The position numbers and the translations under genes are program-made. Below, one piece after another: positions 1 through 9,980 of a stretch of DNA of 64,000 bases. Source of the DNA: Bacillota bacterium (GTDB lineage: Bacteria; Bacillota; Clostridia; Peptostreptococcales; Tindalliaceae); NCBI GenBank assembly GCA_033549305.1, contig JAWSUV010000001.1, positions 18,913 through 82,912 on the forward strand, read 5' to 3'. The number at the start of each line of letters is the position of its first letter. Position 1 is the first letter of the stretch. The notes under the pieces are model-generated. The model was not told the origin of the DNA. It was given only the letters and a program-made list of their open reading frames with translations, and searched no databases.

Positions 1-297
1 CCGCGAAATAATGATCACCACCACCCACGCCTGCAATCTCCCCATTTGAACCAGCGATATCAAGGCTGCGGAAACCAGCAGTTTATCCGCCAACGGGTCC
101 ATAAACTTACCAAGGGTTGTTATTTGGTTGCGTTTTCTGGCAATGTATCCATCCAGTGTATCCGTAAGTGCAGCGATAACAAAAATCAAGGCAGCAATGC
201 TGACTCCATAGGGTATTCTGGCCAATAAAAAGATCATGAACACTGGAATTAAAAAAATACGCAGAATGGTTAATTTATTCGCGAGATTCAGCTTCAT
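1..297 (-). CDS. pgsA: CDP-diacylglycerol--glycerol-3-phosphate 3-phosphatidyltransferase, N-terminal 99 codons (gene runs off the left edge)
   Basis: Manual minus-strand translation from the ATG at 297 gives MKLNLANKLTILRIFLIPVF...LTDTLDGYIARKRNQITTLGKFMDPLADKLL. This carries the complete CDP-alcohol phosphatidyltransferase motif DG-x2-AR-x8-G-x3-D-x3-D. It is absent from the ORF track because there is no stop in the window. It overlaps the rimO stop by 23 nt. Confidence 0.85.
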   Translation of the reverse strand, partial: MKLNLANKLTILRIFLIPVFMIFLLARIPYGVSIAALIFVIAALTDTLDGYIARKRNQITTLGKFMDPLADKLLVSAALISLVQMGRLQAWVVVIIISR

Positions 298-1630
298 CCG
301 CCATCACTCCCATCAGGTCATATTCAAGAGCATCCGTGATCTGAACAGCGACAAATTCTCCCGGTTCCAATTCACGCAGTGACTGAAGATAAACGACGCC
401 GTCTATCTCAGGAGCATCGCCAGCGGTTCTGCCTGCATATTCATAAATGGAGTTGGTTTCATCTAAAAATTCTTCCACGAGTACTTCTTCAATCCGGCCG
501 ATCCGGGACCGCTGAATATCCCGGGAAATTTCCTGCTGGAGCTGCATGATCTCAACCTGTCTTGCTTCTTTTATCTCCTGGCTGATTTGATCTTTCAGCC
601 TGGCGGCAGGAGTGTTTTCTTCCTGTGAGTAAATAAAGACACCCAGCTTATCAAATCGAATTTCCTGAACAAAATCTTTTAACGCTTCAAAATCAGCTTC
701 AGTCTCTCCCGGGAAACCTACAATCAGAGTGGTGCGCAGTTTAATGTCAGGAATGGTATTGCGAATGCTTTTAATGGTTCTTGTGAGTTTTTCGCGGGTA
801 GTATGACGTTTCATCCATTTCAGAATCTGGTCTTCACTGTGCTGAATGGGCAGATCCAGATAAGCACATATTTTTTGGCTTCTTTTCATCACCTGCAGCA
901 GTTCCGGCGTAATGCGTTCCGGATAACAGTACATGAGGCGGATCCATCGAATGCCATCAATATTTTCCAGTGCTTCCAGCAATTCCGAAAGCATTGGGCT
1001 TCCCTGAAAGTCCACGCCGTAACTGGTCGTATCCTGGGCGATGAGAATCAGTTCTTTCACCCCTTCTGCTGCCAGGCTGCTGGCTTCATCCACAATTGAC
1101 TCCAGCCGGCGGCTTCGAAGTGGACCGCGCAGAGCGGGAATGATACAGTACGTACAGTGATGGTCACACCCCTCTGCAATTTTGATGTAAGCCATGTGGG
1201 AAGGAGATGTGCGCACTCGTTTCAGATTCTCATGATATTCATGATCCACCTGACCTATCCGCAGTTCCCGTATTTCCTTCATGACTCCTGCCACGACATC
1301 GGCAATTTCTTCAAATCGACCTGTTCCCACCAGTCCGTCAATTTCAGGCATTTCATCCAATAGTTCCTGATGATAGCGCTCTGACAGGCAGCCGGTGACC
1401 ACGAGTTTTTTCAGGTTCGCTTTTTTGTGGCGGGCTGCTGCAAGAATACGGTCAATGGATTCTTCCTTGGCACTCTCGATAAAACCGCAGGTGTTGATAA
1501 CAGCAATAGTCGCTTTTTCAATGTCAGGAGTGATTTCATACCCATATTGCTGGAGAAGGCCCAGCATCATTTCAGCATCAATGAGATTTTTAGTGCATCC
1601 CAGTGATTCCAGATAGATTTTATTCTGCAT
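275..1630 (-). CDS. rimO: ribosomal protein S12 methylthiotransferase RimO (MiaB-family radical SAM enzyme)
   Basis: 451-aa ORF. N-terminal MTTase region YLESLGCTKN, radical-SAM cluster CDHHCTYC (CxxxCxxC) and a C-terminal TRAM-like region. Lies upstream of pgsA as in other Firmicutes. Confidence 0.88.
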   Translation of the reverse strand: MQNKIYLESLGCTKNLIDAEMMLGLLQQYGYEITPDIEKATIAVINTCGFIESAKEESIDRILAAARHKKANLKKLVVTGCLSERYHQELLDEMPEIDGLVGTGRFEEIADVVAGVMKEIRELRIGQVDHEYHENLKRVRTSPSHMAYIKIAEGCDHHCTYCIIPALRGPLRSRRLESIVDEASSLAAEGVKELILIAQDTTSYGVDFQGSPMLSELLEALENIDGIRWIRLMYCYPERITPELLQVMKRSQKICAYLDLPIQHSEDQILKWMKRHTTREKLTRTIKSIRNTIPDIKLRTTLIVGFPGETEADFEALKDFVQEIRFDKLGVFIYSQEENTPAARLKDQISQEIKEARQVEIMQLQQEISRDIQRSRIGRIEEVLVEEFLDETNSIYEYAGRTAGDAPEIDGVVYLQSLRELEPGEFVAVQITDALEYDLMGVMADEAESRE

Positions 1631-1636
1631 ATTCCC

Positions 1637-2716
1637 TTACCTCTTCCCTGCCGCTGCAGCACCAGTTTCCTGGTGGTAAAAACCCGACAGTGTGTCGAGC
1701 GCCTCATTCATTGTATCATATGTGATTTGCAAATCATATGTGTATTTTTGAATAGAGTGTCTGTAAAGCGGATCGTAATAATGAGTCATCAGGTCCAGCG
1801 CAATATCATGATACCGGCCTTCTTTCAGTTTGACTTTTAACCGATTGACATGATCATGTCCCAGAAACTTCACCAGATCATTCATGGCTTTCAGCAAAGG
1901 TTCCTGCATTTGAGTAAAGGTGTCGCAATAATCATTCACCAGCTGGTCCACCCGTTGCGCCATACTGGCGTTGATGAGAATGTGTCTTCCTGATTCCATT
2001 TGCTGATGCATCGGTTTCGGAATATTCACCCTGCCGATCCGGATACTTTCGCTCTCCACAAAAATCGGTTTAGACCGGTATTCCATCAACTGATGCACAA
2101 GGAGTGACTCAAACTGTTTCTGGGTCATTTTTTCCGATGGATGGCCGATAAAACCAAAAACTGATCCGCTGTTACGGGCCAGTGATTCCAGATCAATCAC
2201 CGGAATATCAAATGCTGCCAGCTTTTTTAGTATGGCAGTTTTACCGCAGCCGGTATTGCCGTGAAGCACGATAAAACGGTGAATCTTCGGCAGCTGCTGG
2301 TCAAAGTATTCCATGATGAAACGGCGGTAGCTTTTGTAGCCTCCCACCAGTTGCGATACTTCTATTCCAAGAGAATTCAGCAATTCAGTAAAGGGGCCGC
2401 TGCGGTAGCCGCCTCTGGAACAGAACAGGATCACGCGTTTTCCTGTATTAACGCGGCGGGTCACTTCTTCCACCAAATGGTCGAGTTTGGCAGAGACATG
2501 TCGAATCCCGGTTATCTTCGCTTTTTCCCTGTTTTCCTGTTTATAGACAGTGCCAACTATGGCCCGTTCTTCATCATCGAGAATTGGCAGATTGACAGCG
2601 TCGTCGATAGTTCCCTGCTGATATTCTCCAGGCGACCTTAAATCGATGAGGATCCGGTTATCCAGCTGCATCAGTTCCTCAACTGTTATGGTATTCATGA
2701 AACTGCCTTCTTTCAT
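1637..2716 (-). CDS. selU: tRNA 2-selenouridine synthase (rhodanese + P-loop)
   Basis: 359-aa ORF. N-terminal rhodanese domain with active-site loop FCSRGGYRS, then Walker A GNTGCGKT, which is the SelU/MnmH architecture. The ATG at 2716 overlaps the ftsK stop (ATGA). An alternative ATG at 2698 has a better AAGAAGG Shine-Dalgarno. Confidence 0.8.
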   Translation of the reverse strand: MKEGSFMNTITVEELMQLDNRILIDLRSPGEYQQGTIDDAVNLPILDDEERAIVGTVYKQENREKAKITGIRHVSAKLDHLVEEVTRRVNTGKRVILFCSRGGYRSGPFTELLNSLGIEVSQLVGGYKSYRRFIMEYFDQQLPKIHRFIVLHGNTGCGKTAILKKLAAFDIPVIDLESLARNSGSVFGFIGHPSEKMTQKQFESLLVHQLMEYRSKPIFVESESIRIGRVNIPKPMHQQMESGRHILINASMAQRVDQLVNDYCDTFTQMQEPLLKAMNDLVKFLGHDHVNRLKVKLKEGRYHDIALDLMTHYYDPLYRHSIQKYTYDLQITYDTMNEALDTLSGFYHQETGAAAAGKR

Positions 2717-5064
2717 TTTTGTTCGGGGTGGGTTGATGAGGTATCTTCCGGATCTGCTCCCGCATGAATGCGGTTGATTACTTTGCGGGGTTTCGTTCCT
2801 TCGTTGGGGCCCACATATCCTCGGGCTTCCATTTCATCGATCAACCTGGCGGCTCGGTTGTATCCCATTTTCAACCGCCTCTGCAGCATGGAAATGGAAA
2901 TCTGCTGGTGATCAAATGCGATGCGTAAAGCTTCCTGAAACACATCATCTGATTCATGAATTTCTGCTTCGGCCGGAGATGCATCGAGTTTTTCCATGAT
3001 TTCCTCTTCATACTCCGGCTCTCCTGTCTGGGATTTGAGAAAGTCCACCACACTCCTGACTTCATCTTCTGACACAAAAGCTCCCTGAATCCGGACCGGT
3101 TTACTCATCCCAACGGGGTGAAACAGCATATCTCCCTTGCCCAACAGCTTTTCAGCGCCGCCCATATCAATAATTGTACGGGAATCCACCTGTGATGCTA
3201 CGGCGAAAGCCACCCGCGATGGAATATTTGCTTTGATGATCCCGGTAATGACATCGACGGAAGGTCGCTGGGTGGCAATAATGAGGTGTATACCTGAGGC
3301 ACGGGCCATCTGAGCCAACCGGCAGATATAATCCTCCACTTCTTTGGCGGCCACCATCATCAGGTCGGCAAGTTCATCAATAATCACCACAATATAGGGC
3401 AGCCTTTCATCTGCGGTTTTTTCATTGAAGCCGGCGATGTCGCGAACGCCATTTTCTGCAAACTTGTGGTAACGCTCTTCCATTTCAGACACTGCCCAGC
3501 GCAGCGCACCGGTGGCTTTTTTCGGATCGGTTACCACCGGAATCATTAGATGAGGAATGCCGTTATACTGGTTGAGTTCCACCACTTTTGGATCGATCAT
3601 CAGCAGCTTCACTTCATTGGGCCGGGACTTGAACAGAAGACTTAAAATAAGCGCATTGATGCAGACACTTTTCCCGGAACCCGTTGCACCGGCAACCAGT
3701 AAATGGGGCATTTGATTAATATCAAATACCATCGGATCTCCTGCAATATTTTTGCCCAGGACAAAGGGAAGTGGGTTGGTAAACCGTTTATACTCCGTAG
3801 AATCCAGCAGTTCCCTCAATGGGACGGAGGAGACTTCTTCATTGGGAATTTCTATCCCGATGGCTGCCTTCCCGGGAATGGGCGCTTCGATTCGAATAGA
3901 GGATGCGGCCAGATTCAGTGCAATATCATCATTCAAATTAACCACTTTGCTCACCTTAACGCCTCTGCTGGGTTGAAGTTCGTAGCGGGTGATGGTAGGC
4001 CCTTGCGTCACTTTGATTACTTTTGCTTCCACGCCGAAACTGGCCAGCGTTTCTTCCAGCAGTTTTGCTTTTGAAAGCATTTTTCTGCGGTCTGCACGCA
4101 AAAATCCTGTTTGCTTAGGGTGAAGCAAAGACAGAGGCGGAATACGATACGGCTGGTATGTGCTGGCCTCCTTTTTTAACAGTTGCACTTTCAGCGTATC
4201 TTCTACAGTCAATGGCCCTTCGTTTATTGGTTCCTCCGCAGATGTCGGCTTCTCTTTATGCAAAACAGGCGGATCTTCTATTGTATCCATCTTCTGTTCT
4301 CGCACCGGTTCATATTCTATCAGTTGAACAGGCTGTGAGTGTGTCTCTTTTCTTCCTTCGGTAAAGGAATTGGTTTCAACAAGTGGACGGTGACTATTCT
4401 CCTCCTTCGTTGCCTTTTGGGGGTGTCTGGAGTCTATTCTTCGGCTCTGAAACCCAAGCCACCTCTGTCTTAATCCCCGAACCGAACGTATGACCTGTTC
4501 CGGGAAGGAAAGCCAGATGGACGCCATGGCAACCGTTGCCAGAAAAATTCCGGTGCCCATTCTGCCAATAATATACACCATCCAGTAAAGCAGCACAGCC
4601 GTTAACAGGCCGGGGCCGGTCCGATTCATCCCGTTGTTCGCGGCCTTTGCCAAGGTACTGAGATAAGATTCTCCCCGGATTGTCTGAATAAATTCAGCAT
4701 TGAACAATCCCGCCATCAGCATTACTACCGTAATCAGTACTACGGCCGAAACCATCCTGATGATGGCGGAGGGTTTATGATGTATACCAAAAAGAACAAG
4801 AGCAGTTATGACCAACAGTGCATAGGCATAGAAGTAGGCCGCACTTCCAAATACACTAAAAAATAAAGTCCGTAAGCCATTTCCCAGAAATCCGCCCCTT
4901 CCCGTATGCAGCGAGAAAATAATGATCAGCCACAATCCGGCCAGAAGAAGCATTGACACTTCGCGCGGCAATTTATACGCTTTCTTCTTACTGTCGGCTC
5001 CTGTGTTCCGCGTATTTTTGCGGGTATTTTGTTTTTTTGGGAGATTTCGCCCATTTTGTTTCAT
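2713..5064 (-). CDS. ftsK: DNA translocase FtsK/SpoIIIE
   Basis: 783 aa. N-terminal transmembrane segments, a long linker, Walker A GATGSGKS in the motor domain, and a C-terminal gamma winged-helix (MLQRRLKMGYNRAARLIDEME). Confidence 0.95.
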   Translation of the reverse strand: MKQNGRNLPKKQNTRKNTRNTGADSKKKAYKLPREVSMLLLAGLWLIIIFSLHTGRGGFLGNGLRTLFFSVFGSAAYFYAYALLVITALVLFGIHHKPSAIIRMVSAVVLITVVMLMAGLFNAEFIQTIRGESYLSTLAKAANNGMNRTGPGLLTAVLLYWMVYIIGRMGTGIFLATVAMASIWLSFPEQVIRSVRGLRQRWLGFQSRRIDSRHPQKATKEENSHRPLVETNSFTEGRKETHSQPVQLIEYEPVREQKMDTIEDPPVLHKEKPTSAEEPINEGPLTVEDTLKVQLLKKEASTYQPYRIPPLSLLHPKQTGFLRADRRKMLSKAKLLEETLASFGVEAKVIKVTQGPTITRYELQPSRGVKVSKVVNLNDDIALNLAASSIRIEAPIPGKAAIGIEIPNEEVSSVPLRELLDSTEYKRFTNPLPFVLGKNIAGDPMVFDINQMPHLLVAGATGSGKSVCINALILSLLFKSRPNEVKLLMIDPKVVELNQYNGIPHLMIPVVTDPKKATGALRWAVSEMEERYHKFAENGVRDIAGFNEKTADERLPYIVVIIDELADLMMVAAKEVEDYICRLAQMARASGIHLIIATQRPSVDVITGIIKANIPSRVAFAVASQVDSRTIIDMGGAEKLLGKGDMLFHPVGMSKPVRIQGAFVSEDEVRSVVDFLKSQTGEPEYEEEIMEKLDASPAEAEIHESDDVFQEALRIAFDHQQISISMLQRRLKMGYNRAARLIDEMEARGYVGPNEGTKPRKVINRIHAGADPEDTSSTHPEQK

Positions 5065-5101
5065 CGTTCCACCTCAGTTCACGTCATGCAGTTCAGTACA
5101 G

Positions 5102-6334
5102 TTAGTAGCCAATCCGTCCCACCAGTATGATTGTTTTTTTCTGCGGGTTGAGGTATTGACGCATGACAGCCTCAGCTTTTGATTGCTCCAGGGCGTTAAT
5201 TTTTCTCAGAATGTCATCTGGCGTATCGATCTGGTACAGCAACAATTCCGATTTTCCCATGGACGCCATGCGTCCGCTGGTGCTTTCCATCCCCAGCAAA
5301 TAACTGCCCTTTAACTGACGACGCGCTTTTTCAAATTCATCCGTTGTAAATCCATTCGTCGTCAACTCATTCAATTCTTCGTCAATCAACTCCTGCACCA
5401 ATGTCAGTTGCCCAGGGTTCATGCTGCAATACAGGGTGAAAATGCCGCTTTGCGTATAGTTATGCATCGTTGAATAAATTGAATAAACGAGGCCGCGATC
5501 TTCCCGAATTTTTTGAAACAGCCGCGAACTCATGCTCCCACCAACAATGTTGTTAATCACCAGCAGATCATACATTTCGTCTGATCCAAGCGCAGCACCC
5601 TGGTACCCGATATTCAGGTGAATCTGTTCGATGTCTTTCTGCCGGGAAATTTGCCCGAAGCGAATGGTCGGGGAGTCCTGTGAAACTGTATCCTCCGAAA
5701 CGTCTTCCCGCCAGTCTCCAAAATGTTTTTGAATCAGTTCGGAGAGCCTGTATTCATCATAATTCCCCGCTACAGCCAGGACAGAGTTTTTAGGACGGTA
5801 TTGCTGATGCAAATATTCCTGAAGCCGTTCCCGGTTCATTTTTTCAATGGTATGGTTATGCCCCAGAATGGAATATCCAAGGGATTGTCCTTTAAACATA
5901 TTTTCAATCAGTAAATCATGGGCCAAATCTTCAGGTGAGTCTTCGTACATACTGATTTCTTCAGCAATGACACTTTTTTCTTTTTCGATCTCCTCTTCGT
6001 CAAATATTGAGTTGAAGATCATATCAGACAGCAGTTCAACGGCCAGATCCAGATTTTCATCCAGCACTTTCATGTAATAACAGGTGTATTCCCGGCTGGT
6101 GAAAGCATTAATGTGTCCCCCAACACCGTCAACCGTCTCTGCGATACTGCGGGCAGATCGATTTCGGGTACCTTTGAACAGCATATGTTCAATAAAATGA
6201 GAGATGCCGTTGTTCAGTTCACCCTCCGTCACCACGCCGGTACGAATCCATACGCCGACTGCGACAGATTTTACCGTAGGAATTTTTTCCGTCACAATGC
6301 GCAATCCATTGGGTAAGACATTTTTATTAGCCAT
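5102..6334 (-). CDS. M16 family zinc peptidase (pitrilysin-like, MlpA/YmxG type)
   Basis: Inverted zinc motif HFIEHMLFKGT (HxxEH). The start was trimmed to MANKNVL at 6334, which has an AAAGGAAGG Shine-Dalgarno 5 nt upstream. The longer ORF-track start would lie inside the pnp terminator. Confidence 0.85.
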   Translation of the reverse strand: MANKNVLPNGLRIVTEKIPTVKSVAVGVWIRTGVVTEGELNNGISHFIEHMLFKGTRNRSARSIAETVDGVGGHINAFTSREYTCYYMKVLDENLDLAVELLSDMIFNSIFDEEEIEKEKSVIAEEISMYEDSPEDLAHDLLIENMFKGQSLGYSILGHNHTIEKMNRERLQEYLHQQYRPKNSVLAVAGNYDEYRLSELIQKHFGDWREDVSEDTVSQDSPTIRFGQISRQKDIEQIHLNIGYQGAALGSDEMYDLLVINNIVGGSMSSRLFQKIREDRGLVYSIYSTMHNYTQSGIFTLYCSMNPGQLTLVQELIDEELNELTTNGFTTDEFEKARRQLKGSYLLGMESTSGRMASMGKSELLLYQIDTPDDILRKINALEQSKAEAVMRQYLNPQKKTIILVGRIGY

Positions 6335-6360
6335 GAATGCCTTCCTTTCACTATAACGAA

Positions 6361-6389
6361 ATAAAAACATAAACCGTGATTGGTTTATG
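6361..6389 (-). terminator. intrinsic terminator downstream of pnp
   Basis: Minus strand reads CATAAACC-aatcac-GGTTTATG followed by TTTTTAT. The 8-bp stem occupies 6368-6375 and 6382-6389. Confidence 0.6.
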
Positions 6390-6410
6390 CTCTTATTCGT
6401 TTAAGCAATC

Positions 6411-8570
6411 CTATTTGCGGTAATTTCGGTTTCCTCGATCGCGATCACGGTTGCCACGGCCTTCCCGGGCGCTTTTTTCCTCATATCCTTGAGGAGGTGT
6501 TAACAGTGCTTTCGCTGACAGGCTCACCTTGCCCTGAGGATCGATCTCAATGACTTTAACCTTGATTTCGTCACCAACGCTGAGGACATCTTCCACTTTG
6601 TTGACACGTTCATATGAGATGTTGGAAATATGCAGCAAACCGTCTTTGCCGGGCATAAACTCAGCAAAGGCACCAAAGGCTGTGAGCTTGACAACTTTTG
6701 CAGTATACGTTTCGCCCACTTCCGGATCTTTGATAATTTTTTCAATGATATCCCAGGCTTTCTGACCAGCTTCAAGAGCTTCTGCTGCAATATAAATGGT
6801 GCCGTCATTTTCAATATCAATTTTGACACCGGTTTCATCAATAATCTTGTTAATGGTTTTGCCGCCTGCGCCAATAACTTCTCGGATTTTATCAGGGTTG
6901 ATATGCATCACCAGAATGCGCGGTGCATAAGGAGAAAGTTCAGGGCGTGGTTCACTGATGGTTTCTTTCATTTTATCAAGAATATGAAGTCTGCCGATGC
7001 GGGCGTTTTCGAGGGCTTTTTCCATGATCTCGCGGCCGATCCCTGCTATTTTCATATCCATTTGAATGGCTGTAATGCCTTCATCCGTTCCGGCCACTTT
7101 AAAGTCCATGTCTCCCAGGAAATCTTCCATACCCAGAATATCTGTCAGAACGGCGACATCTTCACCTTCTTTGATGAGTCCCATGGCGACACCGGCAACC
7201 ATTTTTTTAATCGGCACACCGGCATCCATCAAAGAAAGGGTGCTCCCGCATACGCTTGCCTGAGATGTGGAGCCATTGGATGACAACACCTCGGATACCA
7301 GTCGAATAGCATATGGAAATTCTTCCTTTGATGGAATCATGGGCTCCAGCGCTCGTTCAGCCAGTGCGCCATGACCAATGTCACGCCGGCTGGGACCGCG
7401 CATAAAGCGGGCTTCACCAACACTGTACGGCGGGAAATTATAATGATGCACGTATCTTTTTTCTTCCTCTTCATTGATTCCATCCAGAACCTGGACATCA
7501 CCCAAGGCTCCCAGGGTAGTGATGGTTAATGCCTGTGTATCACCCCGGGTAAAGAGTCCCGATCCATGGGTCTTCGGCAGCAATCCGACTTCGGAAGAGA
7601 TGGGTCTGATTTCATCCAGGCCACGGTCATCGATCCGTTTTTTCTCGGTAAGAACACGGCTGCGCAACTCTTCTTTAACAATCTGCTTCAATAGGCCCTT
7701 GATCAGCAGCATTTTATCTTCATATTTCGAGGCGAAGAATTCTTTGGCTTCATCCTGCACATCATCCAGATTTTGAATACGCTCCAGTTTATCCGGGGTT
7801 TTGAGTGCTTCTGAAATCCTGGCCTGGGCGAACTCACGGATTTCTGTTTCAATTTCCGGTTCCAGTTCTTCAATGTCAACCGATTTTTTTTCTTTGCCGA
7901 TGGCGGCGCCGATTTCCTCGATGAAAGTGACAATTTTTTTGATTTCATCATGACCAAACAGGATCGCTTCGAGAATCTGGGCCTCTGTCAACTCATTCGC
8001 GCCGGCTTCGATCATCATGACAGCATCTTTTGTTCCGGCTACCACCAGGTCCAGCTGGCTGATTTCCCGCTGTTCGCTGGTAGGATTCACGACATAGGTT
8101 CCATCTACGTACCCCACATGGAGTCCGGCAATAGGACCCTGGAAAGGTATGTCTGAAATGGTTAAAGCCACCGATGTACCAATCATGGCGACAACATCCG
8201 GTAAACAGTCCTGATCCATTGACAATACCGTTGCAATCACCTGAACCTCATTATGATATCCGTCCGGGAACAACGGACGAATGGGCCTGTCAATTAATCG
8301 GCAGGTCAGCACTGCTTTTTCAGACGGACGTCCTTCACGTTTAATAAATCCACCCGGGATTTTGCCGGCAGCGTACATTTTCTCTTCGTAATCGACGCTC
8401 AGGGGCAGAAAATCAAGCCCTTCACGAGGGGATTTAGAACTGCAGGCCGTGACGAGCACGATCGTATCCCCGTACCTTACTGTACAGGCCCCACCTGCTA
8501 AAAATGCAACTTTTCCTGTTTCAATGGTCAGTGTTCTCCCGTTCAGCTGAGTTGAAAATTGTCGAACCAT
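6411..8570 (-). CDS. pnp: polyribonucleotide nucleotidyltransferase (PNPase)
   Basis: 719 aa. Two RNase PH domains followed by KH and S1 ([18 protein letters not shown]), with an Arg/Gly-rich C-terminal tail. Canonical position downstream of rpsO. Confidence 0.97.
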   Translation of the reverse strand: MVRQFSTQLNGRTLTIETGKVAFLAGGACTVRYGDTIVLVTACSSKSPREGLDFLPLSVDYEEKMYAAGKIPGGFIKREGRPSEKAVLTCRLIDRPIRPLFPDGYHNEVQVIATVLSMDQDCLPDVVAMIGTSVALTISDIPFQGPIAGLHVGYVDGTYVVNPTSEQREISQLDLVVAGTKDAVMMIEAGANELTEAQILEAILFGHDEIKKIVTFIEEIGAAIGKEKKSVDIEELEPEIETEIREFAQARISEALKTPDKLERIQNLDDVQDEAKEFFASKYEDKMLLIKGLLKQIVKEELRSRVLTEKKRIDDRGLDEIRPISSEVGLLPKTHGSGLFTRGDTQALTITTLGALGDVQVLDGINEEEEKRYVHHYNFPPYSVGEARFMRGPSRRDIGHGALAERALEPMIPSKEEFPYAIRLVSEVLSSNGSTSQASVCGSTLSLMDAGVPIKKMVAGVAMGLIKEGEDVAVLTDILGMEDFLGDMDFKVAGTDEGITAIQMDMKIAGIGREIMEKALENARIGRLHILDKMKETISEPRPELSPYAPRILVMHINPDKIREVIGAGGKTINKIIDETGVKIDIENDGTIYIAAEALEAGQKAWDIIEKIIKDPEVGETYTAKVVKLTAFGAFAEFMPGKDGLLHISNISYERVNKVEDVLSVGDEIKVKVIEIDPQGKVSLSAKALLTPPQGYEEKSAREGRGNRDRDRGNRNYRK

Positions 8571-8635
8571 TTGTGAATTATCCTCCTTCCAAATAATACC
8601 TCATAGCTATGCCAATACTTCTGTTCTTATAAGAT

Positions 8636-8657
8636 AAGAGCGGGAAGTCCCGCTCTT
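8636..8657 (-). terminator. rpsO-pnp intercistronic hairpin (partial terminator or processing site)
   Basis: 9-bp stem AAGAGCGGG/CCCGCTCTT with a 4-nt loop, starting 4 nt after the rpsO stop. It is followed on the minus strand by only an interrupted U tract (ATCTTAT). Confidence 0.55.
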
Positions 8658-8660
8658 CTT

Positions 8661-8924
8661 TTACTTTCTCAAGCCCAGCTTTTCGATTAATTCCCGGTAC
8701 TTTTGAATCTCTTTCTTCTTCAAATAATTTAACATGTTTCGTCTTTTACCAACAAGCTTCAACAATCCGCGACGGGAATGGAAATCTTTCTTATGAACTT
8801 TGAGATGTTCATTCAAATGATTAATGCGTTCCGTCATCAGCGCGATCTGTACTTCTGGTGATCCAGTATCAGAGTCATGCGTTCTAAAGGACTCAATAAT
8901 GGACTTCTTTTTCATTTCTTCCAT
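8661..8924 (-). CDS. rpsO: 30S ribosomal protein S15
   Basis: 87 aa with the [10 protein letters not shown]...[16 protein letters not shown] signature. GAGGAGGTG Shine-Dalgarno 8 nt upstream. Confidence 0.97.
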   Translation of the reverse strand: MEEMKKKSIIESFRTHDSDTGSPEVQIALMTERINHLNEHLKVHKKDFHSRRGLLKLVGKRRNMLNYLKKKEIQKYRELIEKLGLRK

Positions 8925-9008
8925 GGATCATTCACCTCCTCATTCTAAACCCCTCATCCCAAGTAACCGTTGGTGAATCGCATTACTGAGGATGGGTTCC
9001 TGACTAAT

Positions 9009-9962
9009 TTATACTATCATAATTTTATGTGTTTGTAAATAGTCTTTTATGTCTTGAACATCTTGCTGTATCTGGTTTTTCAATGCCTCAACCTCTTCAA
9101 AGGCAATCTGATCTCGAAGCTTTTTATAAAAATACAGTTCAATTTCACGCTCATATAACATGAGATCGCTGTCAATAATATAGGTTTCAATGGTTGTATG
9201 CTGTGATCCAAATGTGGGATTGTTGCCGACTGAAGTCGCTCCCATAAACAATTTGTCATCCACTCTGACGCATGTTGCATAAACTCCTTCTGCAGGAACC
9301 ATTTGCTGTTCTTCCAGTATTAAGTTAGCTGTTGGATAGCCCAGCTTTTTGCCACGTCCGAAGCCACGTTCAATGCGGTTAAACATCATGAAGGGGCGGC
9401 CCAGCAGCTGCGTCACTTTTTCCATGTTGCCCATTTCAATTTCCATGCGGATCTGTGAACTGCTGATTTTTTGGTGATCATGATATACTGGTGGCACCAC
9501 CATCAGTTCATAGTTAAAAACAGTTGCCAGCTCATGCAGCAGATGAATATTACCACTGGCTGCTTTGCCAAATCGAAAGTCCTCGCCGACTACCACCAGC
9601 CTAGCAAATAAACGGTCGATCAGGATGGTTTTCACAAACTCTTCCGGACTCATCAGCATCAACTGCGGTGTGAAAGTATCCAGAAATAATAATTCAATTC
9701 CCATTTTCCCCATAATTTTCTTTTTCAACGGAATAGGGGTGATTTTAGACGGAAAAATGATTTTTTGATGGTCATCCAGCACTGTACCAGGATGGTTTTG
9801 GAAGGTGTATACAGCTGACACCAGGTTCCTTGTATGGCTTTCATGCACCAGTTTTTTCATGAGTGCCTGATGACCAAGATGAATGCCGTCAAAATTTCCA
9901 AGCGCTACGGCTTTTGGTTCATGAGATGAAATCAATTCCTGATAGTTCTCCATTACCTTCAT
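9009..9962 (-). CDS. ribF: bifunctional riboflavin kinase / FMN adenylyltransferase
   Basis: 317 aa. N-terminal nucleotidyltransferase motif GNFDGIHLGHQ and a C-terminal riboflavin kinase region (GFPTANL-like LGYPTANL). Confidence 0.93.
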   Translation of the reverse strand: MKVMENYQELISSHEPKAVALGNFDGIHLGHQALMKKLVHESHTRNLVSAVYTFQNHPGTVLDDHQKIIFPSKITPIPLKKKIMGKMGIELLFLDTFTPQLMLMSPEEFVKTILIDRLFARLVVVGEDFRFGKAASGNIHLLHELATVFNYELMVVPPVYHDHQKISSSQIRMEIEMGNMEKVTQLLGRPFMMFNRIERGFGRGKKLGYPTANLILEEQQMVPAEGVYATCVRVDDKLFMGATSVGNNPTFGSQHTTIETYIIDSDLMLYEREIELYFYKKLRDQIAFEEVEALKNQIQQDVQDIKDYLQTHKIMIV

Positions 9963-9980
9963 GGTTCGTGACTCCTTTAA

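Noticed and set aside
46-228. 60-aa plus-strand ORF at the left edge.
   Set aside because: It is antisense to the clearly recognisable pgsA N-terminal coding region.
6630-7283. 217-aa plus-strand ORF opposite pnp.
   Set aside because: It is an antisense shadow of the PNPase gene with no Shine-Dalgarno or promoter.
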